Shown: one piece after another, positions 1 to 9,559 of the stretch
Layout of the letters: each line of letters begins with the position of its first letter
How positions within the stretch are numbered: position 1 is the first letter of the stretch
Assembly (NCBI GenBank): GCA_050014835.1
Contig: JBEKCO010000001.1
Location: 32,334 to 96,333 of the forward strand
Length of the DNA: 64,000 nt
From: Acidimicrobiales bacterium
GTDB lineage: Bacteria; Actinomycetota; Acidimicrobiia; Acidimicrobiales; Bog-793
Direction of reading: 5' to 3'
Notes under the pieces: model-generated
Databases searched by the model: none
What the model was told of the DNA's origin: nothing
The model's input: only the letters and a program-made list of their open reading frames with translations
Position numbers and translations under genes: made by a program

Positions 1-1
1 G

Positions 2-871
2 ATGCGCGTCCTCGTCACCGGTGCCCGGGGTCAGCTCGGGACCGAGGTCGTCGCCGAGCTGGAACGCCGCTCGGCGGAACGGACGAAGAGCCGTGGCTTC
101 GAGGTCGTCGCCTCTGACCTGCCTGAACTCGACGTCACCGACCGTGATGCCGTCATGTCCTCGATCGTCGGCCACGCGCCGGCGCTCGTCATCCACCTCG
201 CCGCCTACACCGCGGTCGACGCCTGCGAGACCGAACGCGACCTCGCCTGGTCGGTGAACGCCCTCGGGACGCGGCACGTCGTCGAGGCGGCGCGTCTCGT
301 CGGCGCGCACGTGACGTACGTGTCGACGGACTATGTGTTCGACGGGACGCTCGATCGCCCGTACACGGAGTGGGACGAGCCGAATCCCCTCTCGCTCTAC
401 GGGCGGTCGAAACTCGCGGGCGAGCGTGAACTCCCCCCGGACGGGCTCGTCGTGCGCACCTCGTGGCTCGTCGGCCGGCACGGCTCGAACATGGTGAAGA
501 CGGTCCTCAGGCTGATGAACTCCGACGCCCCCTTGCGGTTCGTCGCCGACCAGCGGGGGAGCCCCACCGTCGCGCACGATCTGGCGCGCATGCTCGTATC
601 GCTCTGCCTTGAGAGGCGCAGCGGGCTGTTCCACGTGACGAACCAGGGGACGACCTCGTGGTTCGGCTTTGCCTGTGCCGTGGTCGAGGCGGCGGGCGGG
701 GACTCGTCGCGGGTCGAGCCGATCGCGACGGGCGACCTCGTCCCGCCGCGGGCCGCGCCGCGCCCGCAGAACTCCGTGCTCGACAACGCGGCCCTGCGGC
801 TTTCGGGGATGGCGCTGCTGCCCGACTGGCGGGCGTCGGTCGGCGCGCTCGTCGCGGAGCTCACGGGTTGA
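2..871 (+). CDS. rmlD: dTDP-4-dehydrorhamnose reductase
   Basis: 289 aa. N-terminal Rossmann motif MRVLVTGARGQLG and SDR catalytic YGRSKLAGE. Followed by a rhamnosyltransferase-like GT2 gene. Confidence 0.85.
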   Translation: MRVLVTGARGQLGTEVVAELERRSAERTKSRGFEVVASDLPELDVTDRDAVMSSIVGHAPALVIHLAAYTAVDACETERDLAWSVNALGTRHVVEAARLVGAHVTYVSTDYVFDGTLDRPYTEWDEPNPLSLYGRSKLAGERELPPDGLVVRTSWLVGRHGSNMVKTVLRLMNSDAPLRFVADQRGSPTVAHDLARMLVSLCLERRSGLFHVTNQGTTSWFGFACAVVEAAGGDSSRVEPIATGDLVPPRAAPRPQNSVLDNAALRLSGMALLPDWRASVGALVAELTG

Positions 872-896
872 GGGCCACCCCGGTGCCCGCCTCGTC

Positions 897-1799
897 GTGA
901 GCGGACCGGTGGGTCTGGCCAGCCGCACCGGCGCCGTGGTCGTGAACTACAACAGCGGAGCCGCGCTCGCGGCCTGTGTGGCGAGCCTGCGGTCCGCCGG
1001 AGTCCCGGAGATCGTCGTCGTCGACAACGGTTCGGTCGACGGGTCGCTCGCGGCGCTCGCGGCGGACGGCGTGCGGATCGAACGGGCCGACCGGAACCTC
1101 GGTTACGGGAAGGCCGTGAACCGGGGCGTGCCGGTCCTTACTGCCGAGTTCGTCCTCATCGTCAACCCCGACGTCGTCGTCGAGCCGGACGCCGCCGACA
1201 CGCTCGCGACGAGACTCGCCGCCGAGCCCGACGTCGCCGTCGTCGGACCGTTGATCCGGGAGCCGAGCGGCGCGGCATACCCGTCGGCGCGATCGTTCCC
1301 GAGCGTCGGAGTGGGAGCGGGGCACGCCCTCGTCGGGTTGTTCTGGCCGAACAACGGTTGGACGAAGAGGTACCGGGAGGGCCGGCCGTCAGGCCCCGAC
1401 GCCGAGCAGGGTACCCGGGAGGCGGACTGGGTCTCGGGCGCCTGCTGCCTCGTTCGTCGGGAGGCGTTCGAATCCGTCGGCGGCTTCGACGAGGGCTACT
1501 TCATGTACGTCGAGGACCTCGACCTGTGCTGGCGGCTGCGGCGTGCCGGGTGGCGGGTGCTCTACGAGCCTTCGGCGGTCGCCGTCCACCAGCAAGGGCT
1601 GTCGACGGCGGCCCACCCCTACCGCATGCTCGCCGCGCACCACCGCTCGGCCCTGCGCTTCGCGCGCAAGTCGTTGGTCGGGGCACGCTCGGTGCTCCTC
1701 GTTCCCGTGGCCGCGGGGCTTGCCGTGCGGCTGGGTCTCGCCAGCGCGCGGCAATTGCTGTCGGGCCGACGGGGTCGCCGCACGTCGGGGCTTGACTAA
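897..1799 (+). CDS. wbbL: GT2 family glycosyltransferase, WbbL-like rhamnosyltransferase
   Basis: GTG at 897 in the frame of ORF 669..1799. GT-A motifs VVVNYNSG, VVVDNGSVDGS and YVEDLDLCWR. The rmlD-wbbL-manC order matches M. tuberculosis Rv3266c-Rv3264c. The symbol is tentative. Confidence 0.7.
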   Translation: MSGPVGLASRTGAVVVNYNSGAALAACVASLRSAGVPEIVVVDNGSVDGSLAALAADGVRIERADRNLGYGKAVNRGVPVLTAEFVLIVNPDVVVEPDAADTLATRLAAEPDVAVVGPLIREPSGAAYPSARSFPSVGVGAGHALVGLFWPNNGWTKRYREGRPSGPDAEQGTREADWVSGACCLVRREAFESVGGFDEGYFMYVEDLDLCWRLRRAGWRVLYEPSAVAVHQQGLSTAAHPYRMLAAHHRSALRFARKSLVGARSVLLVPVAAGLAVRLGLASARQLLSGRRGRRTSGLD

Positions 1800-1811
1800 G
1801 CTCGGCGCGCC

Positions 1812-2558
1812 ATGGCACGAGGATCCTTTGGGCGAACCGTCGCGCGCGCCGCCTCGAGCGGCGGCAGCAAGAGCTACCGGGCCCGGCGGCCCTTGGCGTG
1901 GTACTTGCTCATGTTCGCCATCGTCGTCGCCGGGTGCGTTCTCATCGTGTTCAGCCGGAACGAGGCGCTGCACCCGGTCACGACGATCGGGCCGACGGCG
2001 GGTGACAACTGGAACGCTGCGCTTGCCGTCGACATCTGCGGCACGATCGAGCCGAAACTGCCGGCGAGCACGAACTTCGGCTCGACCGGGTTGCGCACCT
2101 ACGGCGACGGGCTGATCAACGCCGCGCCGGGCTCCGTCTCGACCGGGGCGGCCGACTACGAGGGCAAGAAGGCCACGCTCGGACTGTTCGCCGACAAGTA
2201 CTCGGGCTTCAAGCTGACCTCGACAGAGCTGCACTACCCGGGCAAGGGCCAGCGGACCTGGAAGAACGGCGACACCTGCACCGGGCCGGAGAAGGGCAAG
2301 GGGCAGCTCGTCGCCGCGGTGTGGGCTTCGCCGGTTTCCACCACGGGCAAGACCGTCACCAACCCGACGAAGATCCACATCACGAACGGCGAGATGATCA
2401 CGCTCGCGTTCATCCCGGCGGGCGACTCGATCCCACCGCCGTCCGCCACGACGAGGTCGACCCTCGAGCTAGCGCTCACCGGGAAGTCGGGATCGTCAAC
2501 CACGACGTCGACCACCACAACTTCGACCACCACGACGACGCAGCCCGCGAAGAAGTAA
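1812..2558 (+). CDS. hypothetical membrane-anchored protein with a Thr/Ser-rich C-terminal tail
   Basis: One N-terminal TM segment (LAWYLLMFAIVVAGCVLIVF). The C-terminus reads GSSTTTSTTTTSTTTTTQPAKK. Codon usage is GC3-rich. Confidence 0.6.
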   Translation: MARGSFGRTVARAASSGGSKSYRARRPLAWYLLMFAIVVAGCVLIVFSRNEALHPVTTIGPTAGDNWNAALAVDICGTIEPKLPASTNFGSTGLRTYGDGLINAAPGSVSTGAADYEGKKATLGLFADKYSGFKLTSTELHYPGKGQRTWKNGDTCTGPEKGKGQLVAAVWASPVSTTGKTVTNPTKIHITNGEMITLAFIPAGDSIPPPSATTRSTLELALTGKSGSSTTTSTTTTSTTTTTQPAKK

Positions 2559-2595
2559 GTAGTCGTGATCGGGGATACGACAGGGAGCAGCTGAC

Positions 2596-3675
2596 GTGCA
2601 GGGAATCGTGCTCGTCGGTGGGGAGGGGACGAGGCTGCGTCCCCTCACCTACGACATGCCGAAACCGATGCTGCCGATCGTCGAGCGCCCGATCATCGCC
2701 CGGATCGTCGAGTGGCTCGGCTTGCACGGCGTGACGAGGGTCGCGCTCGCACTCGGTTACCAGCCGGAGCCGTTCCTGGAAGCCTTCCCCGGGGAGACCT
2801 GGGCCGGCGTGGAGCTGTGCTACGCGGTCGAACCGCATCCGCTCGACACGGCGGGAGCGGTGCTTTTCGCCGCGGAGACCGCGGAGATGCTCGACGAGCC
2901 GGTTCTCGTCTTCAACGGCGACATCCTCACCGATCTCGACCTCGGTGAGCTCGTCCGCCTGCACCGGGCGCGCCAGGCCGCGATCACGATCGCGCTGACC
3001 CCCGTGGAGGACCCGTCGCCCTACGGCGTCGCGGCGCTCGACGAGACGGGGCGGGTGCTCAGCTTCGTCGAGAAGCCGCCGCGGGACGAGGCGCCGTCGA
3101 ATCTCATTAACGCCGGGAGCTACATATTCGAACCCCGAGTGCTCGCCGCGATCGCACACGGCCGCACGGTGTCGGTCGAGCGCGAGATCCTGCCGCTCTT
3201 CGTCGGGCGGGGCGAGGTCTACTCCTACGCCTCCGATGCCTACTGGATCGATACGGGGACGCCGGAAAGGTACGTGCAAGCACAGCTTGACGTCCTGCGC
3301 GGCCTGCGCCCGAACGTCATCCTGCCCGACAACGAGCGGCGCGGGCCGAACGTGTTTGTCGCACCGGGTGCGATGCTCGACGGCGAGGTGCTGGGGTGTG
3401 CGTTCCTCGCCGCGGGTGCGGTCGTCGAATCCGGGGCGCTCGTCGAGGACGCCGTTCTCGGAGCGTCGGCGCGGGTGTCGTCGGGGGCAACGGTGCGCGG
3501 CTCGGTGGTTTTGTCGGGCGCGCACATCGCCGGCAAGGCCGTGGTCGAGGATTCGATCGTCGGTCCCGGGGCGGTGATCGGCCAAGGCGCGCAACTCTCC
3601 GCGTCGACGGTGATCGGCGCGGGATGCGTCGTCGACGACGACGACGTGCTCATCGGCGCGCGTCGCCCCGACTGA
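2596..3675 (+). CDS. manC: mannose-1-phosphate guanylyltransferase (NDP-sugar pyrophosphorylase with a hexapeptide C-domain)
   Basis: N-terminal GGEGTRLRPLTYDMPKPMLP motif and a C-terminal left-handed beta-helix repeat region. 359 aa. Confidence 0.85.
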   Translation: MQGIVLVGGEGTRLRPLTYDMPKPMLPIVERPIIARIVEWLGLHGVTRVALALGYQPEPFLEAFPGETWAGVELCYAVEPHPLDTAGAVLFAAETAEMLDEPVLVFNGDILTDLDLGELVRLHRARQAAITIALTPVEDPSPYGVAALDETGRVLSFVEKPPRDEAPSNLINAGSYIFEPRVLAAIAHGRTVSVEREILPLFVGRGEVYSYASDAYWIDTGTPERYVQAQLDVLRGLRPNVILPDNERRGPNVFVAPGAMLDGEVLGCAFLAAGAVVESGALVEDAVLGASARVSSGATVRGSVVLSGAHIAGKAVVEDSIVGPGAVIGQGAQLSASTVIGAGCVVDDDDVLIGARRPD

Positions 3676-3683
3676 CTCCGCTC

Positions 3684-4646
3684 GTGCGCGCGTTCGTCAC
3701 CGGCGGGGCGGGGTTCATCGGTTCGAACCTCGTCGACCGTCTCCTCGCCGAGGGTCATGCCGTCGACGTCATCGACGACCTGTCGACCGGCTCGCTCGCC
3801 AACCTGTCGCAGGCCCGCGCCTCGGGTGGCGCGTTCCGATTCCACCAGATCGACGTGACTGACGACGCCGTCGGCGCGCTGATCGGACGTCGGCGGCCCG
3901 AGATCGTCTTCCACCTTGCCGGCCAGCCGAGCGTCGCCGCGTCGGTGCGCGACCCCGGTCGCGACGCCGCGGTGAACGTCGTCGGGTCCGTCCGGGTCCT
4001 TGACGGGGCGCGGCGCGCCGACGTGCGCAAGATCGTGTACGCCGCGAGCGGGGGCACCCTGTACGGCGAGGTCGAGCCGCGTGAGCTCCCGATCGACGAG
4101 ACCCATCCGTTCCGGCCGATCTCGCCCTACGGGATCTCGAAGAAGGTCGCGATCGACTACTTCGCCGCGTTCCGTGACCGCTACGGGTTGGAGTTCACCG
4201 CGCTCGCGCTCGCCAACGTCTACGGGCCGCGCCAGGATGCCCATGGCGAGGCCGGCGTCGTCGCCCGTTTCGCCGCCGACCTCGTCGCCGGCCGGGCGGC
4301 GACGATCGACGGCGACGGCCAACAGACACGCGACTTCGTCTTCGTCGACGACGTCGTCGACGCCTTCAGCCGCGCGATCGAGCGTGGTGGTGGGCTGGTT
4401 CTCAACGTCGGCACGGGGGTCCAGACCTCCATCGTGCAGCTCTACGCGACGATGGCGTCGCAGGCGGGGTCGGAGCTGGCACCGGCCCGCGGGCCGGCTC
4501 GTCCCGGCGACCTGCGGGCGAACGCGCTCGACCCGGCCCGGGCCAAGCTCCACCTCGGCTGGGTGCCGTGGACCTCACTCGAGGAGGGCGTCGCGGCCAC
4601 CCTCGCCTCTGTCGCCCGCCAGGTGGGCGGCCGTCCCCGGCGATGA
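3684..4646 (+). CDS. NAD-dependent epimerase/dehydratase (UDP-glucose 4-epimerase-like)
   Basis: GTG at 3684. Motifs VTGGAGFIGSNLV and YGISKKV (YxxxK). About 320 aa. Confidence 0.8.
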   Translation: MRAFVTGGAGFIGSNLVDRLLAEGHAVDVIDDLSTGSLANLSQARASGGAFRFHQIDVTDDAVGALIGRRRPEIVFHLAGQPSVAASVRDPGRDAAVNVVGSVRVLDGARRADVRKIVYAASGGTLYGEVEPRELPIDETHPFRPISPYGISKKVAIDYFAAFRDRYGLEFTALALANVYGPRQDAHGEAGVVARFAADLVAGRAATIDGDGQQTRDFVFVDDVVDAFSRAIERGGGLVLNVGTGVQTSIVQLYATMASQAGSELAPARGPARPGDLRANALDPARAKLHLGWVPWTSLEEGVAATLASVARQVGGRPRR

Positions 4647-5581
4647 TCACGGTCCTCGCCGGCGGCGTGGGGGCGGCGCGTCTGCTCGCCGGGCTCGTCA
4701 CCGTCGTGCCGGCGGGCGAGATCACCGTGATCGGCAACACCGGTGACGACGCCGTCCTGCACGGGCTGCACGTCAGCCCGGACCTCGACACGGTGACCTA
4801 CACGCTGGCGGGGGCGGCGAACCCGGAGACGGGCTGGGGGCTCGTCGGAGACTCGTTCCGGGCGATGGGGGCACTCGAGCGCTACGGCGCGGCGACGTGG
4901 TTCCGGCTCGGGGACCTCGACCTCGCCACGCACCTGTACCGCACCGCCCGTCTCGGGGCGGGCGCGACGCTGAGCGAGGTCACGGCAGAGATCGCCAGGG
5001 CCTGGGGGCTCGGTTTCCGGCTGCTGCCGATGACCGACGACGTCGTCGGGACGCGCCTTCTCCTCGCCGACGGCGAGGAGGTCGATTTCCAGGAGTACTT
5101 CGTCCGGCTGCGCCACGATGTCGTCGTGGAGTCGCTCGCCTACGGCGGGGCCGAGTCGGCGGAACCGGCGCCGGGCGTGCTCGCCGCGCTCGCCGGGGCC
5201 GAGGCGGTCCTCCTCGCGCCGTCGAACCCGCTGCTTTCGATCGGTCCGATCCTCGCCGTGCCCGGGATCGGGGACGCCCTTGCCAGCCGGCGGGACCGCG
5301 TCGTCGCCGTGTCGCCGATCGTGGCCGGGCGGGCGCTGAAGGGCCCGGCGGACCGGCTCCTCGCCGAGCTCGGGCACGAGTCGTCGGCGGTCGGCGTGGC
5401 CCGCCTGCTCCGGCCGTACGCGGGCTGCCTGGTCATCGACACGGCCGACGCAGGTCTCGCCGCCGCCGTCGCCGCGACCGGCATGCGGGTCGAAGTGACC
5501 GACACGGTGATGCGCACGACCGAGGTCGCGGCGTCGCTCGCCCGGTTCGCCCTCGCCGCCGCCGGGGTGGAGCGGCCATGA
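4643..5581 (+). CDS. cofD: 2-phospho-L-lactate transferase (F420 biosynthesis, CofD/FbiA)
   Basis: ATG at 4643 overlaps the upstream stop (ATGA). Motifs MITVLAGGVGAARLL, VIGNTGDD and HVSPDLDTVTYTLAG. Confidence 0.85.
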   Translation: MITVLAGGVGAARLLAGLVTVVPAGEITVIGNTGDDAVLHGLHVSPDLDTVTYTLAGAANPETGWGLVGDSFRAMGALERYGAATWFRLGDLDLATHLYRTARLGAGATLSEVTAEIARAWGLGFRLLPMTDDVVGTRLLLADGEEVDFQEYFVRLRHDVVVESLAYGGAESAEPAPGVLAALAGAEAVLLAPSNPLLSIGPILAVPGIGDALASRRDRVVAVSPIVAGRALKGPADRLLAELGHESSAVGVARLLRPYAGCLVIDTADAGLAAAVAATGMRVEVTDTVMRTTEVAASLARFALAAAGVERP

Positions 5582-6282
5582 CGCGGCCGTCGCTCGTCGT
5601 GATCGGCGTCGAGGGGCTCCCGGAGATCGTCGCCGGGGCGCGGCTCGGCGAACTGCTCGCGGCGAAAGCGCCGCTCGAGGCGGGCGACGTCGTCGTCGTC
5701 ACCCAGAAGATCGTGTCGAAGGCCGAGGGCCGCGTCGTCGCGGTCGACCCGTCCGATCCCGGTGCGAAGCGCCGGCTCGCCGAATCCGAGGCGACGCGGG
5801 TCCTGCGGCGTCGCGGCGACCTCGTCATCGCCGAGACGCGCCACGGGTTCGTCTGCGCGAACTCGGGCGTCGACCTGTCGAACGTCGAGGCGGGGTCCGC
5901 CGTGCTCCTGCCGGTCGACCCCGACCGCTCGGCGCGGGGAATCCGCGACGCCGTGCGGGCGCTCCGTGGCGTCGAGGTCGGCGTCGTCATCTCGGACACG
6001 TTCGGACGCGCCTGGCGCCGGGGCCTCGTCGACGTGGCGATCGGGTGCGCCGGCATCGCCGCCGTCGTCGACCTGCGCGGCACCCTCGACGGATCGGGGC
6101 GGATGCTCGCCGCGACCGAGATGTGCGTCGCCGACGAGATCGCCGCCGCGGCCGAGCTCGTCATGGGCAAGTCTGCGCACGTGCCGGTCGCGATCGTGCG
6201 GGGCGTCGACCGCTCCTGGCTGCGGGAGTCCTCGGTCGCGGCCGAGATCGTCCGCCCGTACGGCGAGGACCTCTTCCGGTGA
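5578..6282 (+). CDS. cofE: F420-0:L-glutamate ligase (CofE domain only)
   Basis: ATG at 5578 overlaps the cofD stop. Motifs VTQKIVSKAEGR, GFVCANSGVDLSN and ISDTFGRAWRRG. It is 234 aa and has no C-terminal nitroreductase-like FbiB domain. Confidence 0.85.
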   Translation: MTRPSLVVIGVEGLPEIVAGARLGELLAAKAPLEAGDVVVVTQKIVSKAEGRVVAVDPSDPGAKRRLAESEATRVLRRRGDLVIAETRHGFVCANSGVDLSNVEAGSAVLLPVDPDRSARGIRDAVRALRGVEVGVVISDTFGRAWRRGLVDVAIGCAGIAAVVDLRGTLDGSGRMLAATEMCVADEIAAAAELVMGKSAHVPVAIVRGVDRSWLRESSVAAEIVRPYGEDLFR

Positions 6283-7412
6283 CCCCGCGTCCCGGAGACG
6301 GCCCGCCGCCGCGGCTCGAGCGGGGCGTCGTCGTCGTCGTCGAACAGCTGCGCCGCGCCGTCCCGGGAGGTATCGGCACGTACACGCGCGCCCTCGTCAG
6401 CGCCCTCGCCGCCCTCGACGGGGCCGACCGGCCCCGATGCCGCCTGTATGCCGCACGGTCCCGGGTGTCCCCCGACCCGCTCGGCGGCCTCGGGTTCCCC
6501 GTCGAGACCTCGCGGTGGCCGGACGCGGTGCTGGTGCGCGCCTGGGGGTTCGGCCTCGGGCGCGTCGGCCGCCGGGCCGCGCTCGTCCACGCCGTCTCGC
6601 TCGCCGCGCCGCCGACCGCCGTCCCGCTCGTCGTCACCGTCCACGACCTGGCCTGGCGTGCCGTCCCCGAGGCGTTCCCGGCCCGGGGCCGTCGTTGGCA
6701 CGAGCAGGCGCTGCGGCGGGCCGCCCGCCGGGCGGCCTGTCTGGTCGTCCCGTCGGAGGCGACCGCCCAGGCCCTGCGGGAGGCGGGTCTCGGCGTCGGC
6801 GACGACCGCATCGCGGTCGTGGCCGAGGGCTCCGACCACCTCGCGCCGGCCGACCCCGTCGCGACGAACGAGGCGCTCGCCCAGCTCGGCGTCGGGGGCG
6901 ACTTCCTGCTCGCGGTGGGGACGCGCGAGCCGCGCAAGAACCTCGCGCGGCTCTTCGACGCCTACGCGATCGCGCGGCCCCGGTTCGCCGAGCCGTTGCC
7001 GCTCATCGTCGTCGGCCCGGTGGGGTGGGGGACAGCGACCGCGGCCCCACCCGCGGGCGTCGTTTTCGCCGGGCAGGTCGGCGATGGCGTGCTCGCCGGG
7101 CTCTACGGCAGGGCCCGTCTCGTGGCCTACGTGCCGCTCGTCGAGGGCTTCGGTCTCCCCGTCGTCGAGGCGATGCGGGCCGGCGCCCCGGTCGTCGCGA
7201 GCGCCGTCCCGAGCTCGGGTGGCGCGGCCCACGAGGTCGACCCGCGCGACGTTGAGGCGATCGCCGACGGGCTCGTCCGGGTCGCCTCGGACGGGGCGCT
7301 GCGCGCCGGGCTCGTCGCGCGAGGACTCGCCCGCGTCGGGCCGCTGACCTGGCGGGCTGCGGCCGAAGGGCACCTCGCCGTGTGGCGACGCATCGTCGGG
7401 ACGGGGTCGTGA
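6279..7412 (+). CDS. GT4/GT-B family glycosyltransferase
   Basis: GTG at 6279 overlaps the cofE stop. Motif EGFGLPVVEAMRAGAPVVAS (EX7E type). Confidence 0.75.
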   Translation: MTPRPGDGPPPRLERGVVVVVEQLRRAVPGGIGTYTRALVSALAALDGADRPRCRLYAARSRVSPDPLGGLGFPVETSRWPDAVLVRAWGFGLGRVGRRAALVHAVSLAAPPTAVPLVVTVHDLAWRAVPEAFPARGRRWHEQALRRAARRAACLVVPSEATAQALREAGLGVGDDRIAVVAEGSDHLAPADPVATNEALAQLGVGGDFLLAVGTREPRKNLARLFDAYAIARPRFAEPLPLIVVGPVGWGTATAAPPAGVVFAGQVGDGVLAGLYGRARLVAYVPLVEGFGLPVVEAMRAGAPVVASAVPSSGGAAHEVDPRDVEAIADGLVRVASDGALRAGLVARGLARVGPLTWRAAAEGHLAVWRRIVGTGS

Positions 7413-8569
7413 CCGGCCCGCTCGGCACGGTCGGCCCGATGGGGGTCGCCGTGGACGTCACCGCCGTGCCGAACGCGCCAGTCGGCGCCGGGCAGTACAC
7501 GGTCGCGGTCGTCGCCGCCCTCGCCCGCCGCGACGACGTCGTGCTCGACGTCGTCTCCCGGCGCTCGGACGGGGCGCGCTGGCGCGAGGTCGCCCCGGGC
7601 GCCTACGTCGTTGCTTCGGCACCGGACCGTCGCGTGCTCCGGGTCGCCTACGGTGAGCTCGCGCTGCGGGCGACGTTGCGCCGGCGCTGCCCGACGGCGG
7701 CGGTCTTTTTCGGGCCGCACTACTCGATGCCGGCGGGGCTCGCCGTGCCCGCGGTCGTGACGGTCCACGACCTCTCGATGATCGACCACCCGGAGTGGCA
7801 TGAACGCACGAAGGTCGTCTTTTTCCGTCGGGCGCTCACCCGCGCCGCGCGCCACGCCGCGGCGGTGATCTGCGTGAGCGAGATGACGGCCGACCGGTAT
7901 CGGCAGATCTACCACCCCCGGGGCCCGGTCCACGTCGTCCCGCACGGCATCGACCATGCCGTCTTTGCCCCCGACGAGCCGCTCCCGGGTGCCGACGCGG
8001 CCGCGCTGCGCCGGCTCGGCGTCGATGCGCCCTACGTGCTGCACGTGGGGACGATCGAGCCCCGCAAGAACGTTCCCGCGCTCGTCTCGGCGTTCGACGA
8101 GGTCGCGGACGACCACCCCGACGTCTCGCTCGTGCTCGCCGGGCCGGACGGCTGGGGGACGAAGGACCTCGCGGCCGCGCTCCGCGCCGCCCGGCACCGC
8201 GCCCGCGTCGTCCGGCTCGGCTATGTCGGCGCCGCATGGCTCCCGGCGCTCCTGCGGCGGGCAGCGGCCGTTGCGTACCCGTCGTTCTACGAGGGATTCG
8301 GCCTCCCGGCCCTGGAGGCGCTGGCGTGCGGGGCGCCGCTTGTCACGTCCGCCGGGACCGTGATGGCCGAACTCGCCGGTCCCGCGGCGCTCACCGTCGA
8401 CCCGGCCGATCCGGAGGAGCTGCGGGTCGCGCTGGGGTTCGCGCTCTCAGGCGGGGCGGAGGCGGACGCGCGCCGGCGCACGGGGCTCGCGCGGGCGGCG
8501 GAGTTCACGTGGGAGCGCTCGGCCGCTGGCCACGTCGACGCGTTCCGGGCCGCACTCGGGCCATCGTGA
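7409..8569 (+). CDS. GT4/GT-B family glycosyltransferase
   Basis: GTG at 7409 overlaps the upstream stop, with an alternative ATG at 7439. Motif EGFGLPALEALACGAPLVTS. Confidence 0.75.
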   Translation: MTGPLGTVGPMGVAVDVTAVPNAPVGAGQYTVAVVAALARRDDVVLDVVSRRSDGARWREVAPGAYVVASAPDRRVLRVAYGELALRATLRRRCPTAAVFFGPHYSMPAGLAVPAVVTVHDLSMIDHPEWHERTKVVFFRRALTRAARHAAAVICVSEMTADRYRQIYHPRGPVHVVPHGIDHAVFAPDEPLPGADAAALRRLGVDAPYVLHVGTIEPRKNVPALVSAFDEVADDHPDVSLVLAGPDGWGTKDLAAALRAARHRARVVRLGYVGAAWLPALLRRAAAVAYPSFYEGFGLPALEALACGAPLVTSAGTVMAELAGPAALTVDPADPEELRVALGFALSGGAEADARRRTGLARAAEFTWERSAAGHVDAFRAALGPS

Positions 8570-8612
8570 GGCCGGGGCGCGCCCAGTAGCGTGGCCGCGG
8601 GAAGGAGACGCG

Positions 8613-9500
8613 TTGCGGACGTTCGTCACCGGTGCATCCGGCTTCGTCGGGACGTGGCTCACCCGCCACCTCGAGGCTTGCGGCGACACCGTCTACCCGT
8701 TGCGCGACGAGTTCGACATCGCTGACGAGGCGGCGGTGGGGCGCGAGGCGCAAATCGCCGGGCCGGACGTCATCTACCACCTCGCCGGGCTGACCCACGT
8801 CGGTCGTTCCTGGGAGGCGCCGGCGGAGACCTTCCGGGTGAACGCGCTCGGCACGCTCGTGCTCCTCGAGGTGGCGCGCAAGCTCGAACCCCGTCCCCGT
8901 ATCATCGTCGTCTCGTCGGCCGAGGTCTACGGGATCGCCGGGAGCGTCCCCGTCACCGAGGACGCGCCGCTGCGGCCCGTGACTCCGTACGCGTCGAGCA
9001 AGGTCGCCGCGGAGTACCTCGGGCTCCAGGCCTTCCTCGGCCACGGCCTCGAGGTCGTCCGGGTCCGGCCGTTCAACCACGTGGGGCCTGGCCAGGCGGA
9101 GTCCTTCGTCGTCGCGGCGCTCGCCCGGCGCGTCGTCGAGGCGGAACGCACGGGGTCGGCTGAGATCCGGGTCGGCAACCTCACGCCCGCCCGCGACTTC
9201 ACCGACGTGCGCGACGTCGTCCGGGCCTACCGCCTCCTCGCCGTCCTCGGCGTCCCCGGCGAGGTCTACAACGTCTGCTCGGGCGTCGCGCTCCCGATCG
9301 CCGCGGTGCTCGACGAGATCGTCTCCCTCGCGGCGAGCCCGGTCGTGCCGGTCGACGACCCGTCGCTCGCCCGGCCCGTCGACCTGCCGCTCCTCGTCGG
9401 AGACGGGAGCCGGCTGGCGGCCCTCACCGGTTGGAAGGCCGAGATCCCGCTGCGCCAGACGCTCGTCGACGTCCTCGCCGCGGCGCGCGAGCGCAGCTAG
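8613..9500 (+). CDS. NAD-dependent epimerase/dehydratase, GDP-4-keto-6-deoxy-mannose reductase (Rmd)-like
   Basis: TTG start preceded by GGAAGGAG. Motifs VTGASGFVGTWL, YASSKVAAE and RVGNLTPARDFTDVRDV. Confidence 0.7.
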   Translation: MRTFVTGASGFVGTWLTRHLEACGDTVYPLRDEFDIADEAAVGREAQIAGPDVIYHLAGLTHVGRSWEAPAETFRVNALGTLVLLEVARKLEPRPRIIVVSSAEVYGIAGSVPVTEDAPLRPVTPYASSKVAAEYLGLQAFLGHGLEVVRVRPFNHVGPGQAESFVVAALARRVVEAERTGSAEIRVGNLTPARDFTDVRDVVRAYRLLAVLGVPGEVYNVCSGVALPIAAVLDEIVSLAASPVVPVDDPSLARPVDLPLLVGDGSRLAALTGWKAEIPLRQTLVDVLAAARERS

Positions 9501-9559
9501 GCACCGGTTTCGCGACCTTCGAGCGTCGTCGCGCCACCCCGGCTAGCGTGAGGTCTCCG

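Noticed and set aside
2455-2555. Short ACC/ACG/TCG repeats that could be mistaken for a repeat array.
   Set aside because: They are in frame and encode a Thr/Ser tail. There is no repeat-spacer periodicity, so this is not a CRISPR or satellite. No CRISPR-like array was seen anywhere in the window.
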